Part shown: positions 1-11,244 of the stretch, piece by piece
How positions within the stretch are numbered: the stretch's first letter is position 1
Layout of the letters: the number at the start of each line of letters is the position of its first letter
Source of the DNA: Opitutales bacterium
GTDB taxonomy: Bacteria > Verrucomicrobiota > Verrucomicrobiia > Opitutales > PNEW01
Reading direction: 5' to 3'
Assembly: GCA_965197745.1 (NCBI GenBank)
Contig: CBDANS010000006.1
Location: forward strand, 800,001-864,000
DNA length: 64,000 bases
Translations under genes and position numbers: made by a program
The notes under the pieces: model-generated
Databases searched by the model: none
Seen by the model: the letters and a program-made list of their open reading frames with translations, nothing else
Told to the model about the DNA's origin: nothing

Positions 1-1005
1 TTTATTAATGATACTCGCAGCGCCAATGGATCTGACGGCAACCGTCGCCAGGAAACCCAGGCAATAGCACTTCACCTTAACGATGAAATAAAAACGGGTG
101 CCTGGACTTTTTCTCCTGGAATCCGTTATGAAACCCTCGACTATAAATATACCGATTTTACCACAGACGGGACCAACCTCCCCGTTGCCAGCGGCACCAG
201 TTCATTGGACATAGTCGCTCCCGGGTTTGGCATGACTTACGAGCGGAGCGACAATTTAATTTTCTTTGGTAATTACCATCGCGGATTCTCCGTTCCCTCG
301 CCAAGAAATCATGCGAGAAATGGAAGAGTAGAGGAAACCGCCGACGCCTTTGAGTTAGGGACGCGATTTAGCAGTAAAAAGGGAATTTACGGTGAATTTG
401 TATTTTTCCATACCCGTTTTGATGATCTTCTTGTCATTGATAATATTGGTGGTGCCGGCACTGGAGAATCAGAAAATGCGGGTAACATCAACTCTACAGG
501 ACTGGAAGTGCTCTTAGGATTTGATCCCGGTTCGGCCAACAATTGGAGCTTTAATAACCCCTACAGTATTGTTTTCACCTACACCGAAGCTACCCTTGAT
601 GGAGACATGCAGTCAGAAGACGAAAATTCAATCTTCGCCGGTGGGCTGGAGGGTAATAAAGTCCCCTACATACCTGAATTTCAATTCACTTTTACCGCAG
701 GATTTGAAATGAAAAAATTCAGATCATATCTCACCGCCACCTATGCCGACGAAACATTTTCCTCTGCCACTAATACTCTTTTTGAATTCAATCCCATCTC
801 GGAAGAAGAAGACATCCGATTTGGTAAAACGGACAGTTATTTTATTATCGATGTAAGCGCCTACTACGAATTATTCGAAAACGTGGAAATCTTTGGCACT
901 ATCAACAATCTTTTTGAGGAGGAGTATATTGTCTCTCGCCACCCCCACGGTCCGCGTCCGGGTGCACCGCGCCTGGCCAGTATAGGGGTCCAGTATAAAT
1001 TCTAA
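1..1005 (+). CDS. TonB-dependent outer-membrane receptor (FecA-like), C-terminal part; starts before the window
   Basis: Frame 1 is open from base 1 (FINDTRS...PGIRYE). C-terminal TINNLFEEEY...PGAPRLASIGVQYKF is a typical TBDR end with terminal Phe. Confidence 0.9.
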   Translation, partial: FINDTRSANGSDGNRRQETQAIALHLNDEIKTGAWTFSPGIRYETLDYKYTDFTTDGTNLPVASGTSSLDIVAPGFGMTYERSDNLIFFGNYHRGFSVPSPRNHARNGRVEETADAFELGTRFSSKKGIYGEFVFFHTRFDDLLVIDNIGGAGTGESENAGNINSTGLEVLLGFDPGSANNWSFNNPYSIVFTYTEATLDGDMQSEDENSIFAGGLEGNKVPYIPEFQFTFTAGFEMKKFRSYLTATYADETFSSATNTLFEFNPISEEEDIRFGKTDSYFIIDVSAYYELFENVEIFGTINNLFEEEYIVSRHPHGPRPGAPRLASIGVQYKF

Positions 1006-1026
1006 AACGCGTTTTGTTTTTTTGTT

Positions 1027-2424
1027 CTAAATGTTCAATGCCTGGTCCAAAGCGGCGGCAGCGGCTTCACCCAGAGCTTCACTCATCGTTGGATGCGCAT
1101 GAATACTGGAGTGAATTTCCTCGGCGGTAATTTCCGCATTCATAGCGAGAACGTACTCGGTGATCAGTTCCGTAGCGTCAGCCCCAATGATGTGCGCGCC
1201 GAGAACTTCCCCATATTTTTCTTCAATGATCAGTTTGACAAATCCTTCGGGGTGATTGATGGCAACGGCTTTACCTGTAGCCGCGAACGGGAATTTACCG
1301 ATACGGTATTGCAAACCCTTCTCCTTCACCTGGCTTTCCGTTAAACCAACACTCGCCACTTGCGGTTGACAATAGGTGCAGCCGGGAAATATTTCGACAC
1401 GCTTGGGGTTGCTGTGACTGAACATGCCATTAACCGCTTGCACGCCTTCATAGGTCCCAACGTGGGCGAGCCAAGGCGGACCAATAACATCCCCGGCAGC
1501 GTAGATTCCTTTTATACTGCTCTGGTAATTTTCATCAACCTTGATAAACCCGCGATCCAACTCCGGTTTTACCTTTGGCGATAACAGCCCCTCAAGGTTT
1601 GCTTCAACACCAATGGCCAGAAGTATACTTTCGATTTCGAGCGGATTTCTTTTATCCCCCGTAACCAATTCCAATGCCACCGATTTTTTGCCCACCGATA
1701 TGTTTTCTACTTTTGTCCCTATATGTATTTCGATTCCCTGTTTTTTAAAGGAACGGTTTAGCACTCTGGAAATTTCGTCATCCTCAATCGGGAGAACTTG
1801 TGGTAACATTTCAATTAGTGTCACTCGGGTTCCAAAAGCGTTGAAAAAATAAGCGAATTCTACTCCTATTGCACCAGCTCCAACAATGGCTATACTCTTG
1901 GGTCGCTTCTTTAGCGCTAATGCTTCACGAGAAGTTAAAATTCGCTCACCGTCTATTTCGATACCAGGCAGTCGCCGTGCCCTGCTTCCTGTGCTGACGA
2001 GAATATTGTCTGCGGATAAAAACCTGTCTTGATCCTTTCCTTCAGTTATCTCAACTATGCCGGGAACCGATATGCGGCCTCGCCCGAGATAGTAATCTAC
2101 TTTGTTTTTCTTAAATAGAAATTCTACACCGCGTGCCATATGATCAGAAACCTCACGAGAATGCTTCATCACCACAGCGAAATCTACGGTAATCTCTCCG
2201 GCAGAAAGCCCGAATACGTCGGCATGCTGCATGCTTTCATATAACTCTGCCGATTTAAGAAGCGCCTTGGAAGGGATGCACCCCCAATTCAGACAGGTGC
2301 CGCCTGCACGCTCAATTTCGATACAGGCCACTTTTTTACCCAGTTGACCGGCCCTTATCGCCCCGGCATAACCGGCAGGACCACCTCCGATAACAATGAG
2401 GTCATATTTTGTGGAGTTTGCCAT
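1027..2424 (-). CDS. lpdA: Dihydrolipoyl dehydrogenase (E3)
   Basis: GGGPAGY FAD motif, GGTCLNWGCIPSK redox disulfide, GAGAIG NAD motif, C-terminal HAHPTMSE. Confidence 0.96.
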   Translation of the reverse strand: MANSTKYDLIVIGGGPAGYAGAIRAGQLGKKVACIEIERAGGTCLNWGCIPSKALLKSAELYESMQHADVFGLSAGEITVDFAVVMKHSREVSDHMARGVEFLFKKNKVDYYLGRGRISVPGIVEITEGKDQDRFLSADNILVSTGSRARRLPGIEIDGERILTSREALALKKRPKSIAIVGAGAIGVEFAYFFNAFGTRVTLIEMLPQVLPIEDDEISRVLNRSFKKQGIEIHIGTKVENISVGKKSVALELVTGDKRNPLEIESILLAIGVEANLEGLLSPKVKPELDRGFIKVDENYQSSIKGIYAAGDVIGPPWLAHVGTYEGVQAVNGMFSHSNPKRVEIFPGCTYCQPQVASVGLTESQVKEKGLQYRIGKFPFAATGKAVAINHPEGFVKLIIEEKYGEVLGAHIIGADATELITEYVLAMNAEITAEEIHSSIHAHPTMSEALGEAAAAALDQALNI

Positions 2425-2521
2425 CTAAGAATAAATTTGACTAATCAGTTAAGAAAACAGCGGGGTGTCCTATTCCTTACTGATAAAAGAGATACAGAGC
2501 AGGGTGACAAACAAATAGTAC

Positions 2522-2920
2522 TCAGATATCAATGATATCGTCGTCATCGTGCTTTTCTGAAAAGTTGCGATGCGCAGTCCTTTTGAATTGCACATTAGCT
2601 GATAAAAACATGTTGGCCATAAGCGATGTCATACTGACAACAAAGGCCCCCCATAATGCAGAGAGATAAGATTCCACATAAAACCCGGGGACTAATTCAC
2701 TGACAAGGAGGAAAAGGAAAGCGTTAATAATCCACAATCCAAATCCCAGGGTAACAATAATAAAGGGGAGGGTAAAAAGGACGAGGAGCGGTTTAAGAAT
2801 AAGGTTAAAAAAACTTAAAAGAAGAACCACGATAATTAAAGTGACCCCCCGGTCATAGTCGATACCTGATGAGGTGTGGGCGGCAATGATTACTCCCAGA
2901 GCAATCAATGCCCAACGCAA
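2522..2920 (-). CDS. Four-TM membrane protein, YvlD/'phage holin family'
   Basis: NLILKPLLVLFTLPF..TLG..LWIINA motif. The listed TTG start falls at the first TM segment; an in-frame ATC at 2944 may be the ancestral start. Confidence 0.8.
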   Translation of the reverse strand: MRWALIALGVIIAAHTSSGIDYDRGVTLIIVVLLLSFFNLILKPLLVLFTLPFIIVTLGFGLWIINAFLFLLVSELVPGFYVESYLSALWGAFVVSMTSLMANMFLSANVQFKRTAHRNFSEKHDDDDIIDI

Positions 2921-3048
2921 AATAAATGTTCTTAGCTTATTGATGTTACAACAGGGTAAATCACTGGGGATAAGGGCATTTGTTACCTGCTTTTCTGGAT
3001 CAAGACCTCATGACTCCATCCATCACAAATCGGAGTTCACGAAATTGA

Positions 3049-3504
3049 CTATTGTTTGAAGGCAATGCGGGCCCAAACTTGATTATTATCTGCATTATCA
3101 GGATCAAGTAAAACCAGGCGCAACCAGTGATGGTAGGGAGGGTTAATACGTCTAGGACTTGTCAGATAAAGGCCGTCATCTGATAGTTTCATATAAAGAG
3201 AAAATTCATTAGTCTTGTTTCTGAATAATTCCACATCAAGGCGGGCATTCTTAAAAGCAGAACTGACTACATTCTTATCTTTATCCATAAAATAAATGCG
3301 AAATTTATTTTCCACAATGCGGACATTTACGACCCCACCTTTTTTATTATTAAGATAAAGTCCGAGTTCCAGCAGCTTATTGTCCGCCTCGCCTTCATCA
3401 TCCTGAGCATATGAAGTGGTTGTTGTGAAAAGAAAATGAAAACACCACCCTAATAAACCCAAGGTTAAGAGAATCGTTTGAATACTATTTTTATGTAAAG
3501 CCAT
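3049..3504 (-). CDS. Hypothetical secreted protein
   Basis: Signal-peptide-like N-terminus (..SYA|QDD) followed by a beta-rich body. Confidence 0.65.
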   Translation of the reverse strand: MALHKNSIQTILLTLGLLGWCFHFLFTTTTSYAQDDEGEADNKLLELGLYLNNKKGGVVNVRIVENKFRIYFMDKDKNVVSSAFKNARLDVELFRNKTNEFSLYMKLSDDGLYLTSPRRINPPYHHWLRLVLLDPDNADNNQVWARIAFKQ

Positions 3505-3645
3505 GTACCAAATGTTTGAATCTATATCGTCGTTTATTAATTAATAAGATAAAGCTCAATTGTTAAAATCACAAATAAAAATTGTTGTCACGGAAAGGTT
3601 TTTAATCCAACCGCGGAATCATCCTTAAAACAGGGCTTCATCCAA

Positions 3646-5028
3646 TTAAGATTTATGGCCCTCTTTTTCGTGTATTTGTTTTTTTAGTATTTTCCATTGA
3701 GCCATGCGCTCGGCTACGGCTTTCTCTGCACCTGCGGATTTGGGATGATAAAAGGAAAGTGGTTTTTCCAGATATTCCTGTCCCGATATGGCTTCCTCAT
3801 AATCGTGGCTGTAACGGTAGTCATGTGCATGCCCTAAGGATCTGTTCGTTTTCGTACTGCTGTCTCTTAACCATAGAGGAACCGCTTGAATGCTATTCTC
3901 TTTTATAGCTTTTTTTGCTTCTCCCAGTGCTTCACAAGCAGAATTACTTTTTGGCGCGGTCGCCAGATAGATTACGGCATGAGCGAGATTGAGTTCACAT
4001 TCGGGCAATCCTATAAAGTCGCAGGCTTGGAAAGCAGCTATGGCCATGGGTAGTGCCTGAGGATCTGCCAGACCCACATCTTCCGAAGCCAGGATAACGA
4101 GCCGCCTTGCAATATAACGCGGATCTTCACCTCCCGCCAGCATCTTTGCCATCCAGTAGAGCGCAGCGTCAGGATCACCACCGCGCAGACTTTTAATGAA
4201 AGCAGATATGGTATCATAATGCTCATCCTCGTTTGCATCATAGCGAATTTGGCGTTCACTGGCAAAAATTTTTAATTCCTTTTCCGTAATCGTGGAATTC
4301 TCAGGTTGACTCATAACAAGTGTTTCAAGAGCGTTCAGGGCACGACGCAGATCGCCGTCACAAAGCAGGGTCAATCCTTCCACGACGGCATCATTCACCT
4401 GACAGTGTCTCCCACCGAGCCCCGCATCAGAATCCGAAAGGGCCACTTTCAGTACTGTCATTACCGCTTCCGGCGAAAGGGGTTCGAGTCGGAAAAGATG
4501 GCTGCGACTCAAGAGCGGTGAAATGACATAAAATCCCGGGTTGTGGGTCGTCGCTCCTATTAACCGTATAGCACCCGACTCAACATCAGGCAGAAGCAGA
4601 TCCTGCTGGGCTTTATTAAAGCGATGAATTTCATCGATGAAGACAATGGTTCGATCCTCAGGGCGGCTTCGTGCAAAACGCAAAATGTCACGTAATTCAG
4701 CTACATTAGATATTACCGCATTAACGCGTATAAACCGACTGCTTGTTTCATGGGCGATAACCTCCGCAATAGTCGTTTTCCCACACCCCGGAGGGCCGTA
4801 AAGCAGGATACTTCCAAAAGAATCGGATCTAATAAGCTGCGGAAGCAGACACTTTTTTCCCAGGATATGATCCTGACCGATAATTCCCGAAAGCTTTTGC
4901 GGACGAATGCGCACCGCCAGGGGATGGGATGCTGCCGATTGATGATCTCTACCCATGGGGGAAAGACTTCTGCTATTTTCTTTTTCGTTCGGGCCCTGAA
5001 AAAGCATCGTTTGATCAGAATCATCCAT
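3646..5028 (-). CDS. rarA: Replication-associated recombination protein A (AAA+ ATPase)
   Basis: [52 protein letters not shown]. Confidence 0.95.
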   Translation of the reverse strand: MDDSDQTMLFQGPNEKENSRSLSPMGRDHQSAASHPLAVRIRPQKLSGIIGQDHILGKKCLLPQLIRSDSFGSILLYGPPGCGKTTIAEVIAHETSSRFIRVNAVISNVAELRDILRFARSRPEDRTIVFIDEIHRFNKAQQDLLLPDVESGAIRLIGATTHNPGFYVISPLLSRSHLFRLEPLSPEAVMTVLKVALSDSDAGLGGRHCQVNDAVVEGLTLLCDGDLRRALNALETLVMSQPENSTITEKELKIFASERQIRYDANEDEHYDTISAFIKSLRGGDPDAALYWMAKMLAGGEDPRYIARRLVILASEDVGLADPQALPMAIAAFQACDFIGLPECELNLAHAVIYLATAPKSNSACEALGEAKKAIKENSIQAVPLWLRDSSTKTNRSLGHAHDYRYSHDYEEAISGQEYLEKPLSFYHPKSAGAEKAVAERMAQWKILKKQIHEKEGHKS

Positions 5029-5090
5029 AAAGGTAATATGGTTTCATCTGGGCTTGCTTGCAAGGGATGAATGATTAAAGTCAACGCGCT

Positions 5091-5909
5091 ATGGAGACTG
5101 CTTCCGGAGTCTCGAGCTCAAAAGCCAAGAGTATGCCTGTGGCTATGACCGTAGCCGGTTCAGACAGCGGGGGTGGTGCGGGAATACAGGCAGATCTTCT
5201 TACTTTTTCTAACCTCAGTGTATTTGGCACCTCGGCGATTACCTGCCTCACAGCACAAAATCCTGATGGAGTGACCGCTATAGAGGCGATGAGCCCTGCC
5301 TTCGTCCTCGAACAGATCAAACAGGTTCAAACCTATTTTCCAATTAATGGGCTAAAGACAGGTATGCTTTTTGACGAAGATATAATTATGGCTGTTTCCG
5401 ATTTTCTTCAGGTTCACCGAAGCGTTGCCGCTGTCGTCGATCCGGTAATGGTTGCGACAAGTGGCGCCGAGCTCTTACGACCCGACGCAGTAAGAGCCAT
5501 TAAAGAGAAGCTTTTACCTTTGGCTACAGTGATCACACCGAATCTCGATGAAATTAAAGTCCTCTTAGGAGATCGCCCTTTTGGTCGTGAAAGCATGCTT
5601 AATGCCGCAAAAGAATTAGTAAGCCAATACGGTGCGGCGGCTCTGGTAAAAGGAGGGCATCTGGAGAGCGATGCGATCATCGATATCCTCCTTGAAACCG
5701 ATGGTTCGGTAACTGAACTTAAAAGCAAACGGGTAAAAGAGATCAATACCCATGGAAGCGGCTGTACTTTATCGGCAGCCATCGCAGCAGAGCTCGCAAA
5801 AGGAAAACCATTAAAGCAATCTGTTGAGTCCGCGCACTCTTACTTGCAGCGGGGGATGCGTTCACCTCTATACCTTCAAGGCCAGTTTTTTATAGGGCAT
5901 GGAGTCTAA
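5091..5909 (+). CDS. thiD: Hydroxymethylpyrimidine/phosphomethylpyrimidine kinase
   Basis: AGSDSGGGAGIQADL, DPVMVATSG, TPNLDE, KGGH, THGSGCTLSAA. Confidence 0.95.
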   Translation: METASGVSSSKAKSMPVAMTVAGSDSGGGAGIQADLLTFSNLSVFGTSAITCLTAQNPDGVTAIEAMSPAFVLEQIKQVQTYFPINGLKTGMLFDEDIIMAVSDFLQVHRSVAAVVDPVMVATSGAELLRPDAVRAIKEKLLPLATVITPNLDEIKVLLGDRPFGRESMLNAAKELVSQYGAAALVKGGHLESDAIIDILLETDGSVTELKSKRVKEINTHGSGCTLSAAIAAELAKGKPLKQSVESAHSYLQRGMRSPLYLQGQFFIGHGV

Positions 5910-7556
5910 TCTCCGTGTCTCATGCCGGGCACCTTTAGGCTGGATCTTAGCACCGATAATTTGGGGTTACCTATTAGGCCGTCATCATCCTTCTATAGAA
6001 GCTTCCATGCTGAGCATAGTGGGAACCTTGTGTGCCCTTATCGCGCTCTGCTCTGCTTGCACCGAGAATGAGTACTTTCACCGCTCATGGGCTATTTTAT
6101 TTCTTTTCGCCGGCACTTTTATGGCGTGGGGTTACTTCAATAGCCGTACAATAAAGATTTCTCCAGAATGGCTTATGCTTCCGCCACGGGAAGCCGAGTT
6201 AACCCTGAAACTCGAGCGTATTTATAAACACGCGGACTCATTTGGACAAATATCAGGCATCGCAAAAGTAGAGCAAGCACCCAAACATTTAAGCGATCTG
6301 CACGGGCAACGTATTTATTTTCAGCTAAGAACTGAAAAGGCAAGCAGCCCGTTGATTCGCACCGCCATTATTCGTGGTCGAGGAGTCCTTACTTTGATAA
6401 ACGAAACATCTGATAAAAGTGATTTTGAAGATTACCTGATACGTAGCGGCATCCACTACATATTAAAACGGGGCCGGGTAACCGGTATTATTGAAAAAGA
6501 ATTTCCTTTTTACCGAATGTGCTTTGAAACAAGCCATTTATTCCAATCCGTTCTGAAAGCAGGGAGCCCCCCTGACAGCGAATATGCCAGGGTATATATT
6601 GCCATGCTCCTCGGTAAAAGGATTGTTTTAACGCAGGCGCAAAAAGAACGCTTTCAAATTAGCGGAACCATGCATTTTTTTGCAGTGAGCGGACTGCATG
6701 TCGGCATTATTGCCATGGTCTTGAATTATTTTTTTTCCTATTACGGTTCTCCAATAAAACGAGGGTAGTAATCGGGCTTCTCCTCCTATTTATCTACGTA
6801 GAAATAACAGGGGCTGCACCGTCAGCAGTAAGGGCATTTTTAATGGTCGCGATTTTCTGGAGTTCTCAACTCCTCTTTCGTCAAGCAACTCCCTTTGCCG
6901 CTCTCCTCGCTTCGGGACTTTTCGTTTTAATCATCGATCCGCGGCAACTGTGGAATGCGGGCTTTCAATTATCTTATGCCGTAGTAGCGGGAATATTACT
7001 CTACGGCTTGCCATTGATGGAACGCATAAACAACGCGCTGATCTTATATCCGGGATTGCCGAGCGAGAGCTATCGGTGGCATCAACATCTGATTAAACAA
7101 TGTGTCCACAAGCTGACGGGACTATTTGCGATCAGCTTTTCGGCAAGTCTGATCAGCAGTCCATTAACTATTTATTACTTTAATCTTTTTACCCCAGGAG
7201 CCGTTTTATTAAATGTTATTTTGGTCACGATAGCCACCTTGGTTATCATTAATGGTGTCATTTCACTTTTCTTCGGCCTGCTCCAAATAACCGCGGTGAG
7301 TGCATTTTTGAATCACGGTTCCTGGGTCTTAATCTGGATTGTAAATGAAACCATCAACTTTTCAGTAGGCATTCCCGGATTTTTTAAGCGCATTGATTTC
7401 GACATAGATATTTTAGGTCCCTTAACTTTATGTGTCCTCTTGGTGTCCTTATTTTTTTGTCATTCAAAAAAGTATATAAATTCACGTATTGCTTATTGGG
7501 TGCCACCACTTATATTATTATTATTCATTGTATTCGGAACGCATCCTCTTAATTGA
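5899..7556 (+). pseudogene. comEC: ComEC/Rec2 competence channel, frameshifted
   Basis: ORF1 ends after GTMHFFAVSGLHVG. Adding one T to the T8 run at 6729-6736 gives ...YVEITGAAPSAVRAFLMV and joins ORF2 (GFQLSY motif). Confidence 0.85.
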
Positions 7557-7568
7557 ATAATCGACATC

Positions 7569-7856
7569 ATGAAAAGCTCCTACGAACTCGCGATGGAACG
7601 GCTTAAAGCTTCTGATCCCGATAGTGTTAAAGAACTGACGGAAGAACAAAAAGAAGCACTCTCCGAAATCGACCAACGCTACAAGGCAAAGATTGCTGAA
7701 CGTGAGATCTTTTTAAAAAAGCAACTCGAGGAGATCATCAGTAAAGGTGAAATGGAAGAGATCGAAAATGTAACGAAACAAATGGCCAACGAAAAATCGC
7801 GTCTGGAAGAGGAGAGAGAAGAGGAAAAGAATAAAGTTCGCCAAGCAAATGAATAA
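7569..7856 (+). CDS. Small coiled-coil hypothetical protein (MKSSYELAMERL...)
   Basis: 95 aa, charged and helical, directly downstream of comEC. Confidence 0.75.
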   Translation: MKSSYELAMERLKASDPDSVKELTEEQKEALSEIDQRYKAKIAEREIFLKKQLEEIISKGEMEEIENVTKQMANEKSRLEEEREEEKNKVRQANE

Positions 7857-7941
7857 TGCGTCGCACCGTTAACAGGTCGCGATACCCAGACCGGCGGAGC
7901 AGATTGTAGAGTAAGAGAACACGCGCGATATTATTTACGTT

Positions 7942-8706
7942 TTAAAGTTCGAACTCTGCGACAAGGATAAGGTGATCCGAAGCCCTGGTGTCATGGACGG
8001 TGCTGGCTATTAACTTAAGCTTTTCGTTATAAAATATGTGATCCAAGGTATAGGGCTTTCGTTTCCAGGTAATGACTTCCGTCTGCGATGTACGATAGCC
8101 GGCAGATTCGATGTGTTTCACCGTCGATTCTCCCGGAGCAATGTTAAAATCCCCACAAAGCACTGCCGGACCCTCGGGCTGTTTAGTATGTTGCGTGATA
8201 ATTTCTCTTTGCTGGGGATAATCATCGCTTGAATATCCAATCATAAAAAAGGCCTGTAAATGAGTATTGAAAATTTGGATCTCATTACCCTCAAAAGAGG
8301 TTCTCGCGCTGATAAGCAGTCGATTTGTGGGTGTCGTTACCTTTCCACTATAGGTAAAATTTAAAGACGGGGCGGGTAAGTCGATAGAGAGGGTATTGTA
8401 TAGTTTTGTTTTGGAGAGAAGAGCCAACCCATAACCAAAAGGGAGTTCATGTTTATCTTCGCAGGGATATTTGAAGTAGGCGTCATATTCCGGCAACGCT
8501 TCCTTGATGCGATTAAAATTGGGGGGTGGGTTAACCTGGACTTTATCAGGTTCTACTTTTTCCACCTCTTGTAAAACGATAAGGTCGGTATCATGTTTTT
8601 TAAGTTCCTCAATAGTCCCTTCAATCTCAACCGGTGGTTCCGATAATTTAGTATTCCACGGTTGCCCGAACTGCATATTAAACGTTAATACTCTGAACGT
8701 AGCTAT
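7942..8706 (-). CDS. Endonuclease/exonuclease/phosphatase (EEP) family protein
   Basis: LQEV, NTHL, GDFN, LDHIF, SDH motifs. The first strand FRVLTFN lies upstream of the listed ATG (8676) and is preceded only by ATA at 8706. Confidence 0.85.
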   Translation of the reverse strand: MATFRVLTFNMQFGQPWNTKLSEPPVEIEGTIEELKKHDTDLIVLQEVEKVEPDKVQVNPPPNFNRIKEALPEYDAYFKYPCEDKHELPFGYGLALLSKTKLYNTLSIDLPAPSLNFTYSGKVTTPTNRLLISARTSFEGNEIQIFNTHLQAFFMIGYSSDDYPQQREIITQHTKQPEGPAVLCGDFNIAPGESTVKHIESAGYRTSQTEVITWKRKPYTLDHIFYNEKLKLIASTVHDTRASDHLILVAEFEL

Positions 8707-8746
8707 GAGCGGGGATTAAATAGTCTTTTTTATGAATTTATTGCAG

Positions 8747-9301
8747 CTATGGGCTCGCCTTACCCGCGACTACAGATTTTACCGGCAGACCAGGTTTCAT
8801 CGCATGCGACCTTCTAAAGTTGTATCGGTTGATATCTTGCATCGATAACGACCCCGGTAAGATTTTATTTATTCGCTTTTGGGAATTGGAGAGAATAAGT
8901 GGCACGCCTTTATCCCCGACCAATTTTGCGTGCGGCCACATATGAATTTTTTTAGTTAAATCTGTTTTTTCCCGGGTATTTTCTGCTTTGAAAACGGCTA
9001 AACGATAATTTTTCAAGATTCTGTTATCATTTATTTTATTCCCCTGGAAAGCATTCGAGGTGACTATTTCTTTATTCATTAAAGAGATACCAGAACGGTA
9101 AAATTGCCGATGGATCACGCCATGTTGTTTAACGTTTTTCGTAGGGACAAGGCGCTTATTAAACACACCTGATTGCACACGCGTGGTCTTAAATCGAGAG
9201 CCTACATGGGAGTAATCAGTATTTTTAAATTGGCCACAAGCGAGCGAAGTAATTAACAAAACCTGGACCAGGATGAGGCTGTTTTTCACTGCATTGCCCA
9301 T
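8747..9301 (-). CDS. Hypothetical basic secreted or lipoprotein-like protein
   Basis: Hydrophobic N-terminus ending SLAC/GQ; Lys/Arg-rich body; C-terminal SMQDINRYNFRRS..PGLPV. Confidence 0.55.
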   Translation of the reverse strand: MGNAVKNSLILVQVLLITSLACGQFKNTDYSHVGSRFKTTRVQSGVFNKRLVPTKNVKQHGVIHRQFYRSGISLMNKEIVTSNAFQGNKINDNRILKNYRLAVFKAENTREKTDLTKKIHMWPHAKLVGDKGVPLILSNSQKRINKILPGSLSMQDINRYNFRRSHAMKPGLPVKSVVAGKASP

Positions 9302-9428
9302 TGTAATTACCGGATAACAGATAGGTATACCTAGGCAAGCATTAATTCCCTTACAAACGATATCATAAAGACGGAATTATAAGAGGATGCCGTTGACTTA
9401 GCTAAATGGATTTGAATATTACTAGCTA

Positions 9429-10229
9429 ATGCGACAATATCACGAGTTACTTAAATTGGTCCTCGATAAAGGCAAGATACGTAAAGATCGAACAGGAGTA
9501 GGGACACACTCGGTATTTGGAGCGCAAGCCCGCTATTCACTAGCGGAAGGATTCCCCTTACTGACCACGAAAAAAGTACATTTTAAATCGATTGCTCACG
9601 AATTGATATGGTTTCTCACAGGCAGCGGTAACCTCCAATATCTTCACGATAATAAAGTCAGTATTTGGGATGAGTGGGCCGACGAGAACGGGGACCTGGG
9701 GCGAATATATGGCGTCCAGTGGATCAACTGGATAACCCCCGACGGTCGTTCGATAAACCAGATTGAGCGTGTAATCGAACAGATCAAAACAGATCCAACG
9801 AGTCGACGTCACCTTGTAAGCGCATGGAATGTTGGCGAACTTGAGCAAATGGCTCTGTTACCTTGCCACGTTTTTTTTCAATTTTATGTCGATACTGATG
9901 AAAATACATTGAGTTGCCATTTATACCAGCGAAGTGCTGATTTATTCCTCGGTGTTCCATTTAATATCGCTTCCTATTCACTGCTTACGATGATGGTCGC
10001 ACAAATCTGCGGACTCAAGCCGGGAGAATTTATCCATACCTTCGGTGACCTGCACATTTATACCAATCACCTTGAACAGGTCGAGTTGCAGCTTTCACGT
10101 GAATTTCGCCCATTACCTCATTTAAAACTCAATCTCGATATCAAAAAAATCAGCGATTTTACATATGAGGACCTGGAACTTCTCGACTACAACCCCCATC
10201 CTTCCATAAGAGCATCGATTGCGATATGA
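9429..10229 (+). CDS. thyA: Thymidylate synthase
   Basis: [18 protein letters not shown] catalytic Cys, [19 protein letters not shown]. Confidence 0.97.
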   Translation: MRQYHELLKLVLDKGKIRKDRTGVGTHSVFGAQARYSLAEGFPLLTTKKVHFKSIAHELIWFLTGSGNLQYLHDNKVSIWDEWADENGDLGRIYGVQWINWITPDGRSINQIERVIEQIKTDPTSRRHLVSAWNVGELEQMALLPCHVFFQFYVDTDENTLSCHLYQRSADLFLGVPFNIASYSLLTMMVAQICGLKPGEFIHTFGDLHIYTNHLEQVELQLSREFRPLPHLKLNLDIKKISDFTYEDLELLDYNPHPSIRASIAI

Positions 10230-10699
10230 GACCCTATAAAGCGATTGCCGCAATGGCGCTCAATCGCGTTATCGGATCCGATAACAAAATACCCTGGCAT
10301 ATTCCTGAAGATTTTAAATGGGTGAAGGAAACAACAACGGGGCAGATTGTGGTGATGGGACGTAAAACATTTGAGTCTATAGGTCGTGCCTTGCCAAACC
10401 GTGAAAACATTGTCCTTAGTCGAAGTCCCTTACATTTTCCGGAGATAAAGATTATTCACGGTCTTAATGAACTGGAGCGCATACCCGCCGGGAAAGAAAT
10501 ATGGATATTAGGGGGCGCTGAAATTTATCGCCAGACTCTGCCCCATTGTTCTGATCTCTACCTCACGGTTATTAAGCGTGAAGTCGAAGGTGACACTGTC
10601 TTTCCTCCTTTTGAAGATTTATTTCATCTAAAAGAGATCCTGCGTGAGGAAAATGAATTCCGCATAGAGCACTATTTAAATACGCACCTGCAGGATTAG
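10226..10699 (+). CDS. folA: Dihydrofolate reductase
   Basis: [47 protein letters not shown] overlap with thyA. Confidence 0.96.
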   Translation: MRPYKAIAAMALNRVIGSDNKIPWHIPEDFKWVKETTTGQIVVMGRKTFESIGRALPNRENIVLSRSPLHFPEIKIIHGLNELERIPAGKEIWILGGAEIYRQTLPHCSDLYLTVIKREVEGDTVFPPFEDLFHLKEILREENEFRIEHYLNTHLQD

Positions 10700-10985
10700 G
10701 GACTGCTGATTTGGATGATGTCGGACTTCGTCCTCGGTACGATTGCGGATCGTGCCTGGAGGATATAATATATAAGCAATAGTGATAAGTGATATGGAGG
10801 GCCACGCTCCGACGTGGCTGCTTAGGTTTCCGCATTCACGCGGATACGCTTAAACGAATTTATTTTTTCATTATGACGAAGACGAAGAGGCGGACCCGAC
10901 TTCGTCCTCACGCGACTGCGGGATGGGATTCCGCCGTGGCAAGCAAAGACGAAGATTATGGTGACTAATCTTACCTTAATGTCAT

Positions 10986-11186
10986 AGCCCCAGAGGGGCG
11001 TTATATATTTAGCCCATTGCGTAAGCAATGGGTATAGGAGATATTATAAAACCTGAAGCCCCGGAGGGGCGACACAACATATGTCCCGACCGTACTTGTG
11101 TCGCCCCTCCGGGGCTTTTATGTTGTTTTTACATTTATACCCACAGCTCGCGCTGTGGGCTAAGTTTATCACACCCCTCCGGGGTG
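10986..11186. repeat. Nested REP/REPIN-like palindromic element
   Basis: Perfect 22-bp inverted repeat AAGCCCCGGAGGGGCGACACAA (11056-11077 / 11096-11117). Flanked by TAGCCCA..TGGGTAT and ATACCCA..TGGGCTA hairpins and by outer AGCCCCAGAGGGGCG / CACCCCTCCGGGGTG arms. Confidence 0.85.
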
Positions 11187-11244
11187 AAATTTCAATAATA
11201 TTAAGGGACGAAGATTTTCGTGGTCAGTCTTTATCTCAGAGAGA

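Noticed and set aside
2522..2920. Prophage signalled by a 'phage holin family' protein
   Set aside because: This family is commonly chromosomal, and there are no phage genes nearby.
10700..11200. CRISPR array
   Set aside because: The repeats are inverted and nested, not regularly spaced direct repeats, and no cas genes are present.
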